From IMG/VR virus record IMGVR_UViG_3300033144_001879, positions 1-55,165 of that record: 55,165 nt of DNA; one strand, 5' to 3'. This DNA comes from a virus. Taxonomy: Duplodnaviria > Caudoviricetes. A program made the translations under genes and the position numbers. The notes beneath the pieces were generated by a model. That model did not search any database and had not been told where the DNA came from. It was given only the letters and a program-made list of their open reading frames with translations. Shown here one piece after another: positions 36,301 to 45,094 of the stretch; positions within the stretch are counted from its first letter, which is position 1, and each line of letters starts with the position of its first letter.

Positions 36301-38879
36301 TGCGTACGAACGGAAACGCAACGCAATCGGCCGGCGACTTCGGCGAAGATGTTTTCGTAATTATCACGAGTTACGACTCATCCGTTTTGAACAACACGAA
36401 CGGCGAGCTTCTCAAAACAGAAGCGAAGCTTCACGGCGCAAGCTCGTCGATTGATCGGTTCGACAACATCGAGTACCGGATCCCGTATTTACTGATCGGA
36501 ATTCCGGGCATCGGGGACGGAAGGGGAATCGAGGTTATGACCGACGACGGTGCGACGACGCCGCCGGCGGAATATTTCGGCACGATTCAAGATGGCGCGC
36601 TCGCCGGCCTCGGTATGCGCGGCAACGACGGTGATCCCGGCAACGACGGCAACGACGGGAACGACGGGAACGACGGAGACGACGGCACAGCCGCGCCGGT
36701 GAATTGGGCGAAAGACTATGCGTCGTTCGAGTCGAGTCCGAACAAGTCCGTCGACAGTGGAAGCGTGACATCGTCATACGATACCGGCGAAAAGTGGTCG
36801 GGATCTCAGTCGCTCAAGCTCGTTGCAAACGCATCCGACGGATACACATATTTCGGCATCAATGGGAACGATTACAATATCGAAATCCCGGCAAATCAAA
36901 GTTGGATTTTGTCGGGATACGTTCGATTGACGAATGCGAATTCGCCGAAGGTGTCGGACAATGTTCAACTTTACGTGCGCGCTTCTAGTACGACTCATTA
37001 TGGCGGCGGAACTCCCGGCAGTATCGCGGCCGATGATGCTTGGCATCGAATCGAAACCGTTTGCGATCTCTCGGCCGATGCGTCGACGTCGTTAGTTATA
37101 AGAGTTGACAACGACTCGTTTAACTCCGCCGGCGACACGACGATGCACTTCGACGGCTTGCAACTTGAACTCGACGACGGTTCCGGCGTTGCTCGTGTTT
37201 ACACGCCGCCGGCGGATGCGATCAGTTCGATTGTGGTTTCGATTTACCAGCGGGCGCGAATTGCTCCGTCGACTCCGACCGGTGGAAGTTATAACTTCGC
37301 GACGGGAATTCTTACCGTTCCGGGCGGCGGTTGGGCCGAAGAAATTCCCGCCGCGATCGGTCATCCACTTTACGTTTCGACTGCGCAGTTTGAATCGTCT
37401 GGTTCGTTCGGTATCGACTCGGTCGTGACATGGTCGTCGCCGGTGCAAATGGTAAACGACGGCGTCACCGGATTGATTCTTTCGTCGCGCGATTGGGTGA
37501 ATCCGATTACGGAATTCATGGGTGCATGGTCAAGAACGGCGAACGCCGGAACGGTTTCAATTGCTTCCGATGACGCCGGTCCGTTCGACGAATATCCGCA
37601 AGCAATTCAAATTACGGGCGCGGACAATAACCCCGGATGGTTCGGCCGCTTCGAGGGAAATTTCGGATACGACGCGAATCGATCTTATATTATTTATCAG
37701 TGGGTCAAGCGGTTGAACAGTGTCACCGCCGGACTTTATGTCGGATTTGAAACCGCCGGCGCGGGTTCGGAAATTGTTCAATCAACTGGCGGAACTCCGT
37801 CGGAAAATCCATATGTATTCGCGAACGCCGGGGCGAATCTTACAACCGACAAATGGTATTTGATGGTTTCAATTTGTTGGGCCGATGGCTTCGGCGGCGG
37901 CGGACAAGGCTTGTCGGGTATCTACGATCCCGACGACGGTTCGAAAGTTATCGGTGGGACCGAATGGCAATGGAACGGACAAGAAAAGGAATTGACTTAT
38001 TACCGTTTCGGATATTACGACAATGCGGCTCCGACGATTCCAGATACCGACGGCTACAAATTTACGCGCGTTTCCGGTTGGCTTCGCAACGGTGACGAGC
38101 CGTCGATCGAAGCGGTTCTCGGAGCCGGCGCAATTACGGGTGCGGACGGATCGGACGGACAAGACGGTGGCGACGGCGATAGCACTTTCGTCGCTCAAGT
38201 GTTCCTCAGAAAAGCGACGGCTCCGTCGACGCCGGACGTGGACGACGGCGAGTATAACTTCTCGACGTCGACATTAACGCCGCCGACGATCTCCGGCGGA
38301 TCCGACGAAGATTGGTTCGTGACGCCGCCGACGACCGACGGCAATCCGCTCTATGTTTCGGTTGGATCCTTTTTCGTTAACGGCACGACCGGAACCGATA
38401 GCACGGTGACGTGGACCGCGCCGGCGATTCTTGTCGAAGACGGTATCGACGGAGCCGACGCCGGGTTCCCGGTTGTACTCACTCAACTTAGTGTTAGTTT
38501 TTCGCAAGAAGAAGTTGCCACGTATGCCGGCATTCGATTTAATACCGACGGCTCAATCGATGCGCGCGGTTGGGCGGGTGGAACGTATATTCAACAGAAC
38601 GTCGGCGAGTGGTTTACCGGCGAGCCGGAAGCGGATTACGGCGACGACTTCGAGGTTCGTTGCGAGGAAATACTTTCAGGAGCGTGGGTGACGTCGGCAG
38701 CACCCGAGGGAACTTGGGTTCCGCTTACGTCCAATCGTTTGTGGAGCGTCGGCGCGTTGGCAATGGCCGCACCATATTATCAATATACGCCGGCGAACTT
38801 TGAGATCCGGCGAATCGGAACAACCGGCCCGGTCGCGTCGGCGACGATGTCTTGCGAGGCGGAGATTACGGAACCATGA
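33312..38879 (+). CDS. Tail tip/hub fused to a multidomain central fibre (Gly-rich, collagen-like, ILEI-like and CBM-like domains)
   Basis: 1855 aa; IEVGD in hub C-terminus; GxD triplets; YNTY...IITSYD...YRIPYLLIG; HFDGLQLE. Confidence 0.85.
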   Translation: MRSNSDNFNEYNFAVAKELRLVVRINFPTPIYLTSHSGISGIPANRIDGCLKNVSSTSQRLSPDQGRSTIGSISFDALDLDGEITTEFRAQQAAGEGLAGRRVILYRGGEGMAWSDFRAEQTQQIDGSVAFNKGVYKVQCADIQRAMRKDIFDVAKTALAADFNQGASTLNVFDTSEFEACTHKASFGDQQSGSYYYAKIKYDNGFEIIRATGKTADSFTGVTRGVFGTSDVDHVFPTGEDDDSSIEIEEYVYLELPAPALAYALLTGDIIGGGTLPSNWHLGIDSADVDQPSFEDLAEDWFDSSDYSTGLIFRFQGVGKEDGKRFIEREVCLLAGAFLRVGADGNIYIKQMTGVIESADYIIELTEKEIVKYGSVRHSLNKLRNIYDVEWAFVDLPGEDKPRFVRRNILADATSIAIHGESKPLALKFKGLHNERHTYTTLINRFDALRDRYAGPPIEMNVDLLPSTNDIEVGDICRVVLDDVRDYAGTGSLRRAFEVQRIRVNQRTNKVTATLFGSTLKADPIVDIGAGVNSELPDGWYSSAGTDMDGELTINGSGVMTSNGSLTGGTTTRTIYYYLGDFTIQNGVTLTTSGNVELRIRGHCQINGTLKSEGGMPADTNGFLGVGLGGNFVMIRGSGEVVYWRGPATADHGREAMPISEIENLAGVLTGIRSDMRGCGGATGGKVMEWNGSSFVEKAAGGNAGVGGGSPVIISRGAGYGAGGSTVTSGTDGSVGANYGNEEAGSGGGGAPGGLLHVLDGSNVSFPILAGKVVAAYGTSPIKNNNPLTQGKAKAGDPIDLGTAAARVAYVPKSREPYPDYVNDDLGPQDGVDGQDGNDGNDGNDGDHGDSVDVIFQRSATQPTTPDPSAGVPAGWYADVASVPAAANPLWSSFGTIPGGGSTYTWLTPVLLEASNSLYVRGTGYNNASNRIVKLGGVDLKNSGGIGLCLTVVRRVDLVELSYHRDGGVGADAKSQVYNTYSSEDDRLKLRDALVEMRTNGNATQSAGDFGEDVFVIITSYDSSVLNNTNGELLKTEAKLHGASSSIDRFDNIEYRIPYLLIGIPGIGDGRGIEVMTDDGATTPPAEYFGTIQDGALAGLGMRGNDGDPGNDGNDGNDGNDGDDGTAAPVNWAKDYASFESSPNKSVDSGSVTSSYDTGEKWSGSQSLKLVANASDGYTYFGINGNDYNIEIPANQSWILSGYVRLTNANSPKVSDNVQLYVRASSTTHYGGGTPGSIAADDAWHRIETVCDLSADASTSLVIRVDNDSFNSAGDTTMHFDGLQLELDDGSGVARVYTPPADAISSIVVSIYQRARIAPSTPTGGSYNFATGILTVPGGGWAEEIPAAIGHPLYVSTAQFESSGSFGIDSVVTWSSPVQMVNDGVTGLILSSRDWVNPITEFMGAWSRTANAGTVSIASDDAGPFDEYPQAIQITGADNNPGWFGRFEGNFGYDANRSYIIYQWVKRLNSVTAGLYVGFETAGAGSEIVQSTGGTPSENPYVFANAGANLTTDKWYLMVSICWADGFGGGGQGLSGIYDPDDGSKVIGGTEWQWNGQEKELTYYRFGYYDNAAPTIPDTDGYKFTRVSGWLRNGDEPSIEAVLGAGAITGADGSDGQDGGDGDSTFVAQVFLRKATAPSTPDVDDGEYNFSTSTLTPPTISGGSDEDWFVTPPTTDGNPLYVSVGSFFVNGTTGTDSTVTWTAPAILVEDGIDGADAGFPVVLTQLSVSFSQEEVATYAGIRFNTDGSIDARGWAGGTYIQQNVGEWFTGEPEADYGDDFEVRCEEILSGAWVTSAAPEGTWVPLTSNRLWSVGALAMAAPYYQYTPANFEIRRIGTTGPVASATMSCEAEITEP

Positions 38880-39313
38880 GCAAATTTGAAGCAATCTTCG
38901 ACGACCGAACATTGATCGCCGGCACAACGGCGGCGGATTTTGCCGCCCTGCCCGATGTCGGTTTGCTATTTGTAATCGTTCAACTCGACGACGGATCGAT
39001 CGAGGTTTTTTTCGCGCTCGACGAATACGAGTATCTTGGCGAGACGAAGCCGGGATCGTGGACGACGACAGAAAATTTCAATTCGATTCGCGCGGATCTC
39101 CCCGAGTTGTCACTGATATTGAATCCGCTTCGTCATATCAGCGTGAAGCGACAACAAGCGAAAGACAAGATCGATTCCGAGATCGTGTTGCGGGCGTTCG
39201 CCGAGGTCGTGATCGATGAGTTTAATATTCTTCGGGCCGAGCATGGACTCGCGGCGCGGTCGTTGTCGCAACTCGTGACGGCAATCAAGAGCAAGATCAA
39301 CGAGTCGGCATAG
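38876..39313 (+). CDS. Hypothetical protein
   Basis: GGAG RBS; ATGA overlap. Confidence 0.7.
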   Translation: MSKFEAIFDDRTLIAGTTAADFAALPDVGLLFVIVQLDDGSIEVFFALDEYEYLGETKPGSWTTTENFNSIRADLPELSLILNPLRHISVKRQQAKDKIDSEIVLRAFAEVVIDEFNILRAEHGLAARSLSQLVTAIKSKINESA

Positions 39314-39346
39314 CTAATTTCTCCGGTCGGGTGTAGTCTTTTTCCT

Positions 39347-39598
39347 ATGGATGAAGGCCGCCGGCAAAGAGAAAAAACAAGGAAACGAACAGTGGTCGAT
39401 AATAAATGCGGTGAGCGCTTGGCTACACTTGAAGAGAAAGCGAGAGTCGTCGAAGAAGACATGGTCGAGATTAAAGAAGGTCTCGACGCGATTCAATCGA
39501 CGCTCACGAAACAACGCGGTTTCTGGGCCGGCGTTACTTTCGTGATCACGCTCGCCGCGTTCTTCGCTCGCGAGCTTTGGATGAGGGTTACGACTTGA
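39347..39598 (+). CDS. Coiled coil plus single TM protein (holin/antiholin candidate)
   Basis: ERLATLEEK...GFWAGVTFVITLAAFF; upstream of endolysin. Confidence 0.65.
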   Translation: MDEGRRQREKTRKRTVVDNKCGERLATLEEKARVVEEDMVEIKEGLDAIQSTLTKQRGFWAGVTFVITLAAFFARELWMRVTT

Positions 39599-40074
39599 GA
39601 TTTACACGACGACCGGCCGGCGGATTCACGTCGGCGCAAATGCTTTCGCTTGCGCAACGCTTCGTCGGATCGAAAGAGGTTCCCGGCGCGATGTCGAATC
39701 CGATCATTCTCGCAATGCTCAAGCTCGATCTTGAATTTCCCGAAGACGATTCCGTTCCGTGGTGTTCCGCCTTCGTCAATTGGATTTGTTGGCTTGTCCG
39801 CTTTCCGCGCTCGAAGAGTTTGCGCGCCCGATCATGGTTGAACGTCGGTCGTGGAATCGAACTCGGTCGGGCAAGACCCGGAGACGTCGTCGTCTTTCAA
39901 CGCGGCTCCGGTCCGCAACCGGGCGCGGACGTCATCAAAGCGCCGGGTCATGTTGGTTTTTATGTCGGGATGTTCGGAGAATTTATCGAGGTTCTCGGCG
40001 GCAATCAATCCGACTCCGTGAAGGTCTCAAGATACCATGTCGGTCGCTTGTTGAGCGTCCGTCGTCTCACCTAA
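39577..40074 (+). CDS. Endolysin, NlpC/P60 (TIGR02594-like)
   Basis: DDSVPWCSAFVNW, ARSW, GDVVVF.R, GHVGF, VLGGNQSDSV; start uncertain. Confidence 0.9.
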   Translation: MDEGYDLRFTRRPAGGFTSAQMLSLAQRFVGSKEVPGAMSNPIILAMLKLDLEFPEDDSVPWCSAFVNWICWLVRFPRSKSLRARSWLNVGRGIELGRARPGDVVVFQRGSGPQPGADVIKAPGHVGFYVGMFGEFIEVLGGNQSDSVKVSRYHVGRLLSVRRLT

Positions 40075-40091
40075 CCCCGAGGGTTAAACGA

Positions 40092-40298
40092 ATGGCAATT
40101 TCCAAACCGTCAAGCACGATTCAAGCAACTGCGATCGCCGGCTTCGTTGCCGCGACAATTCTGCTAATTGTCAAGGCGAAGTTCCCCATCTTTTACTTGA
40201 TGATCCCGGCGGATTATCAACTTCACATGGTCGTCGCGATTGCGACTGCTATCGGTTGGTACAAGAAAGAAAACGTCTTGCCGTCCGCGCGGCCATAA
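40092..40298 (+). CDS. Putative holin (2 TM)
   Basis: Two hydrophobic segments; between endolysin and spanins. Confidence 0.7.
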   Translation: MAISKPSSTIQATAIAGFVAATILLIVKAKFPIFYLMIPADYQLHMVVAIATAIGWYKKENVLPSARP

Positions 40299-40747
40299 TG
40301 TTTCCGTTCTCGATAAAACAAACGGCGTACGCCGTTGGCGTCGCCCTGATCTTCGCCGGCGGGTTCAAAACGTCCGCTTATTTCTGGTCGAACCGTTACG
40401 ATTCGCTAGTCAATGCGCAAGCAAAAGCAATCGTCGAAATGCGCGATCGGTTGCTCGATCGAATCGAGCGAATCAACTCCGAAACCGAAGATCGCGAGCG
40501 CAACTTGCTCCGCGATCTCGAAACATCAAGGCGAAATTATGATCTCTTATCCGAAGAAATTGCGACGGCTCCGCTCACCATTGCGCCGCCAGTTGTGCCG
40601 ACCGATGACGGTGTCGTTTGCCGTCGTGTTGATTGGTTTAAGTTTGGCCGCTTGTACGACGACGCCGCCGATCCCCGAGGATCCGCCGAAGTTGACGAAG
40701 CCACTCGTCGCAATGATGCCGCCGCCGGAGTTACCGAAACTCGGTGA
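40298..40747 (+). CDS. i-spanin (Rz-like)
   Basis: N-terminal TM, coiled coil, C-terminal Cys. Confidence 0.8.
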   Translation: MFPFSIKQTAYAVGVALIFAGGFKTSAYFWSNRYDSLVNAQAKAIVEMRDRLLDRIERINSETEDRERNLLRDLETSRRNYDLLSEEIATAPLTIAPPVVPTDDGVVCRRVDWFKFGRLYDDAADPRGSAEVDEATRRNDAAAGVTETR

Positions 40748-40895
40748 CGACTTCGCCGCGCTTTGCGAGCGCTCTCTCGATGATTGTGTCCGGCGGATCT
40801 TAACCGTCGCGGCTCAACGTGCCGAGTTCTACAACGCTCTCGGGGCGAAGCACGGAGATCTCGTGAACTGGATTGAGGGACTCGATGGTGACTAA
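40605..40895 (+). CDS. o-spanin (Rz1-like lipoprotein), overlapping Rz in another frame
   Basis: Lipobox LAAC; Pro-rich. Confidence 0.85.
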   Translation: MTVSFAVVLIGLSLAACTTTPPIPEDPPKLTKPLVAMMPPPELPKLGDDFAALCERSLDDCVRRILTVAAQRAEFYNALGAKHGDLVNWIEGLDGD

Positions 40896-42150
40896 GCCGG
40901 GAGAATCTTCGACGCCGCCGATTGACGACGTCACATACGCGGACATCGAGCGCGCGATCTCCGAGACGCGCTCGGTTCGAGCGGCGGCCGCATATTTGGG
41001 GATTCCTCGCTCGACGCTTCGCTCTAAACTTTCGGAGTGGAAAGTCGACGATCTCATTCACAAATATTCCGACGGCTCGCTCATTAGCGAAACGGTGAGA
41101 GCGAAGAAGCAATCACAAAAATATCAGGACATGAACCGGGTCGAGCGGAAATCGTTTCGTGAACACGCGCGGGTTGAGAATGCCGTCGAGGTCTACGCGG
41201 CCGAGATCGTGAAGATTCTTAACAAGAAGAAATTTGTCGCTCCGCCGAGATCGAAAATCATTACGGCGCAACCGGGGGCAATTATCCATTGGTCCGATCA
41301 CCACTTGAACGAGCGAGTTGCGATCGCGAACAATACTTTTGATTGGCGAGTCGCCGGCCAACGATTGCGGAAGCACGTTCACGAATCGATCCGGCTTTGC
41401 AAAGCCTACGGGATCGAACACGTCTTCGTGGCATTTACCGGAGACGTTCTGAACTCCGATCGTCGAGTCGACGAGCTTCTTTCGAATGCCGGCAACCGTG
41501 CGAAGGCGACCGTTCTCGCCGTCGACTTGTATCAACAAGCGCTCCGCGAATTGAACAAGCACGTCGAGGTATCGGTCGGCTCGGTCACTGGTAACGAATC
41601 GCGAGTCGGTCAATTCGTTCAATGGAACTATGAGAGCGCGTCCGACAATTACGACTTTATGGTTCACGAACATTTGTCGATGCTCTTGCAAGATACAGGC
41701 ATTCACTTTTTCCCGATTCACGATCCGGGCGAAATGTGCGTCGAGATCTCCGGGCAAAATTGCTTGTTCCTGCACGGACACGGCGCGCTCACTCGCGACA
41801 TTCAAAAGTCGGTGCAAGCGGCAAAGGGTCGATGGTTGGAGCGTAACGTGAAAGTCGATCTTCTTTTTTGGGGCCACATACACGAAGCGCTCGTCGCCGA
41901 CACATACGCGAGATCGTCTTCGCTTGTCGGCTCAAACGAGTACGCGCAAAAAGCTTTGAATCTGAATTCGCGATCGAGTCAAAATTTTTACGTGGTTCTT
42001 CCCGACTCCGGCTTTCACGGATTCAAACTCGATCTTCAGAATGTCGACGGCGTCGAGGGTTACAACATCGACGAGCGGCTCGAATCGTACAACACGAAGT
42101 CGGCTCTCAAGGTTCGGCCGCAAGAAACCGTGTTGAGGGTCGTTGTCTGA
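40885..42150 (+). CDS. Calcineurin-like metallophosphoesterase with N-terminal HTH
   Basis: SVRAAAAYLGIPRSTLR; SDHH, GD, GNE, HGH, GHIH; GAGGGA RBS. Confidence 0.85.
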   Translation: MVTKPGESSTPPIDDVTYADIERAISETRSVRAAAAYLGIPRSTLRSKLSEWKVDDLIHKYSDGSLISETVRAKKQSQKYQDMNRVERKSFREHARVENAVEVYAAEIVKILNKKKFVAPPRSKIITAQPGAIIHWSDHHLNERVAIANNTFDWRVAGQRLRKHVHESIRLCKAYGIEHVFVAFTGDVLNSDRRVDELLSNAGNRAKATVLAVDLYQQALRELNKHVEVSVGSVTGNESRVGQFVQWNYESASDNYDFMVHEHLSMLLQDTGIHFFPIHDPGEMCVEISGQNCLFLHGHGALTRDIQKSVQAAKGRWLERNVKVDLLFWGHIHEALVADTYARSSSLVGSNEYAQKALNLNSRSSQNFYVVLPDSGFHGFKLDLQNVDGVEGYNIDERLESYNTKSALKVRPQETVLRVVV

Positions 42151-42272
42151 TCTCAGGACGCCGGGAAAGTGCCTTGACGGTGGGTCCGGCGGTTTACCGG
42201 TACGGGAGTGGCGGGCTAGTTTTGCAAATGCCGTGAGCGGGCTCTCAGGCGCTCTCGTCGAAATACCCGGTT

Positions 42273-42292
42273 TTTAGGTGGATCCACCTAAA
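42273..42292. repeat. Perfect 20-bp palindrome TTTAGGTGGATCCACCTAAA
   Basis: Read directly; at the convergence of the two transcription arms. Confidence 0.9.
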
Positions 42293-42524
42293 TATATTCG
42301 ACGACCACGAGTTCGCGCTCGCCGAGTTTCAATTCGAGAAGTTCGAGCATCGCGTCAGACATCCGTCGGAAGTTGCCGGGATCCGCCGGCGAAGAAAGCC
42401 ACTTATTTACGGCGGCCGATTGCCCGGACTTCGAGAGCGGCAAGTGTAAAAGTTCCGCGACGTTCTCGCGGTCGAGTTTATATTTCGCGATCAGTTCCCG
42501 AAGGCGTTCGTTGTTCGTCATCAT
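42288..42524 (-). CDS. Small XRE-like HTH regulator (candidate repressor)
   Basis: LRELIAKYKLDRENVAELL...AVNKWLS; ATGA overlap. Confidence 0.75.
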   Translation of the reverse strand: MMTNNERLRELIAKYKLDRENVAELLHLPLSKSGQSAAVNKWLSSPADPGNFRRMSDAMLELLELKLGERELVVVEYI

Positions 42525-42700
42525 GCCGACGCCGGCGCTTCGCTCAAGAGTCGCTGAACTTTCGTCGTCAATTCGCAAGCGCACGAAAGGCAATACTCGT
42601 CGATTCGTATATCCGTTTTGACCATGATCACGAGCCGCTCGTCTTCCGATCGGCAACTCGCGCACGGTACGCTTTGAGTTTGAAGTTTTGCTTCGATCAT
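42521..42700 (-). CDS. Small Zn-finger protein
   Basis: CASC...CLSC; GGAG RBS. Confidence 0.65.
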   Translation of the reverse strand: MIEAKLQTQSVPCASCRSEDERLVIMVKTDIRIDEYCLSCACELTTKVQRLLSEAPASA

Positions 42701-42951
42701 TTTTCCAGTTCTCCGGCTACCCGTTGGGCGAAGTGTAATCGCCCAAAGGGTAGACAATCAAGTGCGTTCGTTTTCCATTCGCGAAGTAATCGATTGATCT
42801 CCGTTACTCCCGACTTCCGCTCCGCTTGTGCGGTGTTCCTGCAAATGATACACGCGTAGGCGAAGCCGTCTCTTGTGGTCCGGTCCCGGTGGAATTGATC
42901 TTCTTCCCGGTCCCGGTGACAAGTGTTGCAAGTTCTAAGTTCAGGCTTCAA
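42697..42951 (-). CDS. Zn-finger protein (like the N-terminal module of HNH endonucleases)
   Basis: TCNTC...F.RD...DG....CIIC. Confidence 0.6.
   Translation of the reverse strand: MKPELRTCNTCHRDREEDQFHRDRTTRDGFAYACIICRNTAQAERKSGVTEINRLLREWKTNALDCLPFGRLHFAQRVAGELEK
42717..42761 (-). promoter_or_regulatory. Promoter P4 with two inverted operators
   Basis: TTGATT-18-TACACT; TACCCGTTGGGCG (42718-30) and CGCCCAAAGGGTA (42740-52). Confidence 0.7.
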
Positions 42952-43585
42952 GGTTCTTTCGCAAACCCGGAACGCCGGCGATGCCTTCGTGCGGCTTGTC
43001 CGCGTGGTTTACCGGAGCGCCGCGCTTGTCCGTATAAGTCTCGGTCTCTCCGTCCATCGCGTCGGCGTTTGCCTGAACTCGGCGAGCGTTGTCGAAGTCG
43101 TTTTCGCGATTGATTACCCGGTCCCGCAACACGAGCGCTTTGTCGCCGGTGTCATTGTCGAGTCCGCGCCGGCAATCGTACAAGAGCGAGCGCTCGAAAC
43201 TCTCGGCGCTCCATCCCCGGTCCCGTTCCCATCGCTCGTTTAAGCACTTGCCATTCGAACAAAAGAAATTGACCGCGCTAAAACATCGGCGAGCTTGCCG
43301 GCTACCTTCGCGAAGCTTTTTAACTTGCTTCATTCTGGCGAGAACGTCGAACGCAAGGTCGATCGTTTGTTGCGAGAAACCTTCGGCGATCAATGCGTCG
43401 AAGTTCGAGCGCGTTTCAAGTTGGCGCTTTCGATCCGTCAACTCGCGGCCGATGTCGTACAGTTGGCGCTTGCAATTCGCGAGATCTTTTTCGAAGTCCG
43501 CTTGCCGCGCGTTGTTAAAGATGATCGCATTTTCGAGCATCGAGATCTCGGCCGTGATTTCAGTTTTTGGTCGTTGGTGTCTCAT
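42941..43585 (-). CDS. Hypothetical protein with N-terminal coiled coil
   Basis: 214 aa; ATGA overlap. Confidence 0.7.
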   Translation of the reverse strand: MRHQRPKTEITAEISMLENAIIFNNARQADFEKDLANCKRQLYDIGRELTDRKRQLETRSNFDALIAEGFSQQTIDLAFDVLARMKQVKKLREGSRQARRCFSAVNFFCSNGKCLNERWERDRGWSAESFERSLLYDCRRGLDNDTGDKALVLRDRVINRENDFDNARRVQANADAMDGETETYTDKRGAPVNHADKPHEGIAGVPGLRKNLEA

Positions 43586-43878
43586 GATTTTGCCTTCTTC
43601 AAAAGTGCTTCGCTGGCTCGACGTTGCGCCGGTGACTCCGATCCGCGATGCGCGCCGCGCTCGAATTGTAAGAAGTCGCGAAGAAACGCGGTGTCGTTAA
43701 TCTCGATCGCGTCGATAATTGGCTCGACCCACGACGCGACATAGCGAAGCGTTGCGTCTTGAATTGCCTCGGTGTCTTCGGCGGGAAAGTTAGTCGTCGG
43801 AAGACGAAGGCAAGCCGTCTCGAACCGAATGCGCCGGCGGAGAACTCGGCAAGCGCTTTGAATGATTTTCGTTGTCAT
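43582..43878 (-). CDS. Hypothetical protein
   Basis: AAAGGAAAC RBS. Confidence 0.7.
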   Translation of the reverse strand: MTTKIIQSACRVLRRRIRFETACLRLPTTNFPAEDTEAIQDATLRYVASWVEPIIDAIEINDTAFLRDFLQFERGAHRGSESPAQRRASEALLKKAKS

Positions 43879-43901
43879 GATGTCGTTTCCTTTTTGGTCG
43901 T

Positions 43902-44789
43902 TTATTTGAAGAGTGAGATCGGCGCGTCGGAACTGTCCCAACAAGAATAATTCGGTTCGTAATCGTCGAACGCCGAGTCGTTCATAAGATGGTGCGATGC
44001 CATGAAGTCGGCGAAAGAATCGTGCGCGTCGAGGCCGCCTTGAACGGAGATCGCGACGACGTTCTCGTCGTATCCTTTCAGGGTATCGGCGCAACGCGCG
44101 ATCGCCTTTCCGCTTATCTGATTAACTTCGAGGAACTCCGGCCAATGACTCCCGATCCGCTCGCCGTCTTTGTCGAGCCCGATCACTTCGACGCCGCGAT
44201 GCGTGAAGTGAAATCGATTCGGTTCGCGCTTGGCGTCTGCCATGCAATCCCGAGCAAGCTTCGTGACGTGTTGCGCGAATTGAGCTTGACTCTCGAACGG
44301 CGCGCGGCCGAGAAGTCGGTTCATGCCGACGAGATTCTTCCGCACGATTGAAACGGCTCCGATCGGATCTTGCCCGACTTTCCGAACTTCGCGCTTAAAG
44401 ATGAGAAGGTCGCGTTCGAGCGATTCGATTTCCGCAACGATCTCGCGGCGCGTCATGGTGAGAACTTCGTGATCGATGTCGAAGTTCAAATTCATTTGCA
44501 AGGCGTCGGCGTGAGCGCGCGTCAACTCGTTACCGTTCCGAGTTTCGTATGCGCGGCGGTTGCGATTTTGTTCGTTGATCTTTTGTTCTTCCGGCGTTCT
44601 TCCGGTTCGGAATGCGCGACGGAGATCTCCGCGCTTCGTCATGGCTTCGTCGTAAGCGTCGGCGAGTTCGAGTCGGTCTTCGGTGCTAACGTCGATCGTC
44701 GGGCGATAGCCGCCGCGAGCCGAGAGAAGATCGTCGAAGTTGACGAAGCAGGTTTCGCGAGAGAGCAAGTTGTCGAGTCGTGTTGTCAT
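43902..44789 (-). CDS. Hypothetical protein
   Basis: AGGAACC-N6-ATG; 295 aa. Confidence 0.75.
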   Translation of the reverse strand: MTTRLDNLLSRETCFVNFDDLLSARGGYRPTIDVSTEDRLELADAYDEAMTKRGDLRRAFRTGRTPEEQKINEQNRNRRAYETRNGNELTRAHADALQMNLNFDIDHEVLTMTRREIVAEIESLERDLLIFKREVRKVGQDPIGAVSIVRKNLVGMNRLLGRAPFESQAQFAQHVTKLARDCMADAKREPNRFHFTHRGVEVIGLDKDGERIGSHWPEFLEVNQISGKAIARCADTLKGYDENVVAISVQGGLDAHDSFADFMASHHLMNDSAFDDYEPNYSCWDSSDAPISLFK

Positions 44790-44800
44790 GGTCGTGGTTC

Positions 44801-45094
44801 CTAATAGTCTTCGTGAATGACGTCGAGGTCTGTGATCAGTTTTTGCGGTTCCGGGTCTCCGGGTTTCCGCGTCGTGATGTGTTCCCAATATGCTCCGCCT
44901 TCGCCGGTGCATTGGTCGAGAAGATCGAAGCCGTCGGTATACTCGACGGTGACTTTATGAACGGAGTCGACGTCGAAAGAATCGGTGTTCCAATGTTGCG
45001 CGGCCTCGGCAAGCGCGGCGCGTTTTGTTCGGGCGCGGATCGAATAGCAATCGGCGTCGTCGTTACATTGAATATGCCAGTACGTGAGTCGCAT
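44801..45094 (-). CDS. Hypothetical protein
   Basis: TAATG overlap. Confidence 0.7.
   Translation of the reverse strand: MRLTYWHIQCNDDADCYSIRARTKRAALAEAAQHWNTDSFDVDSVHKVTVEYTDGFDLLDQCTGEGGAYWEHITTRKPGDPEPQKLITDLDVIHEDY

Noticed and set aside
42273-42292. Palindrome as a protelomerase telRL site
   Set aside because: Short, and no protelomerase or tyrosine recombinase recognised; kept only as an unexplained palindrome
42697-42951. HNH homing endonuclease / mobile element
   Set aside because: Only the Zn-finger module is present; no HNH catalytic motif
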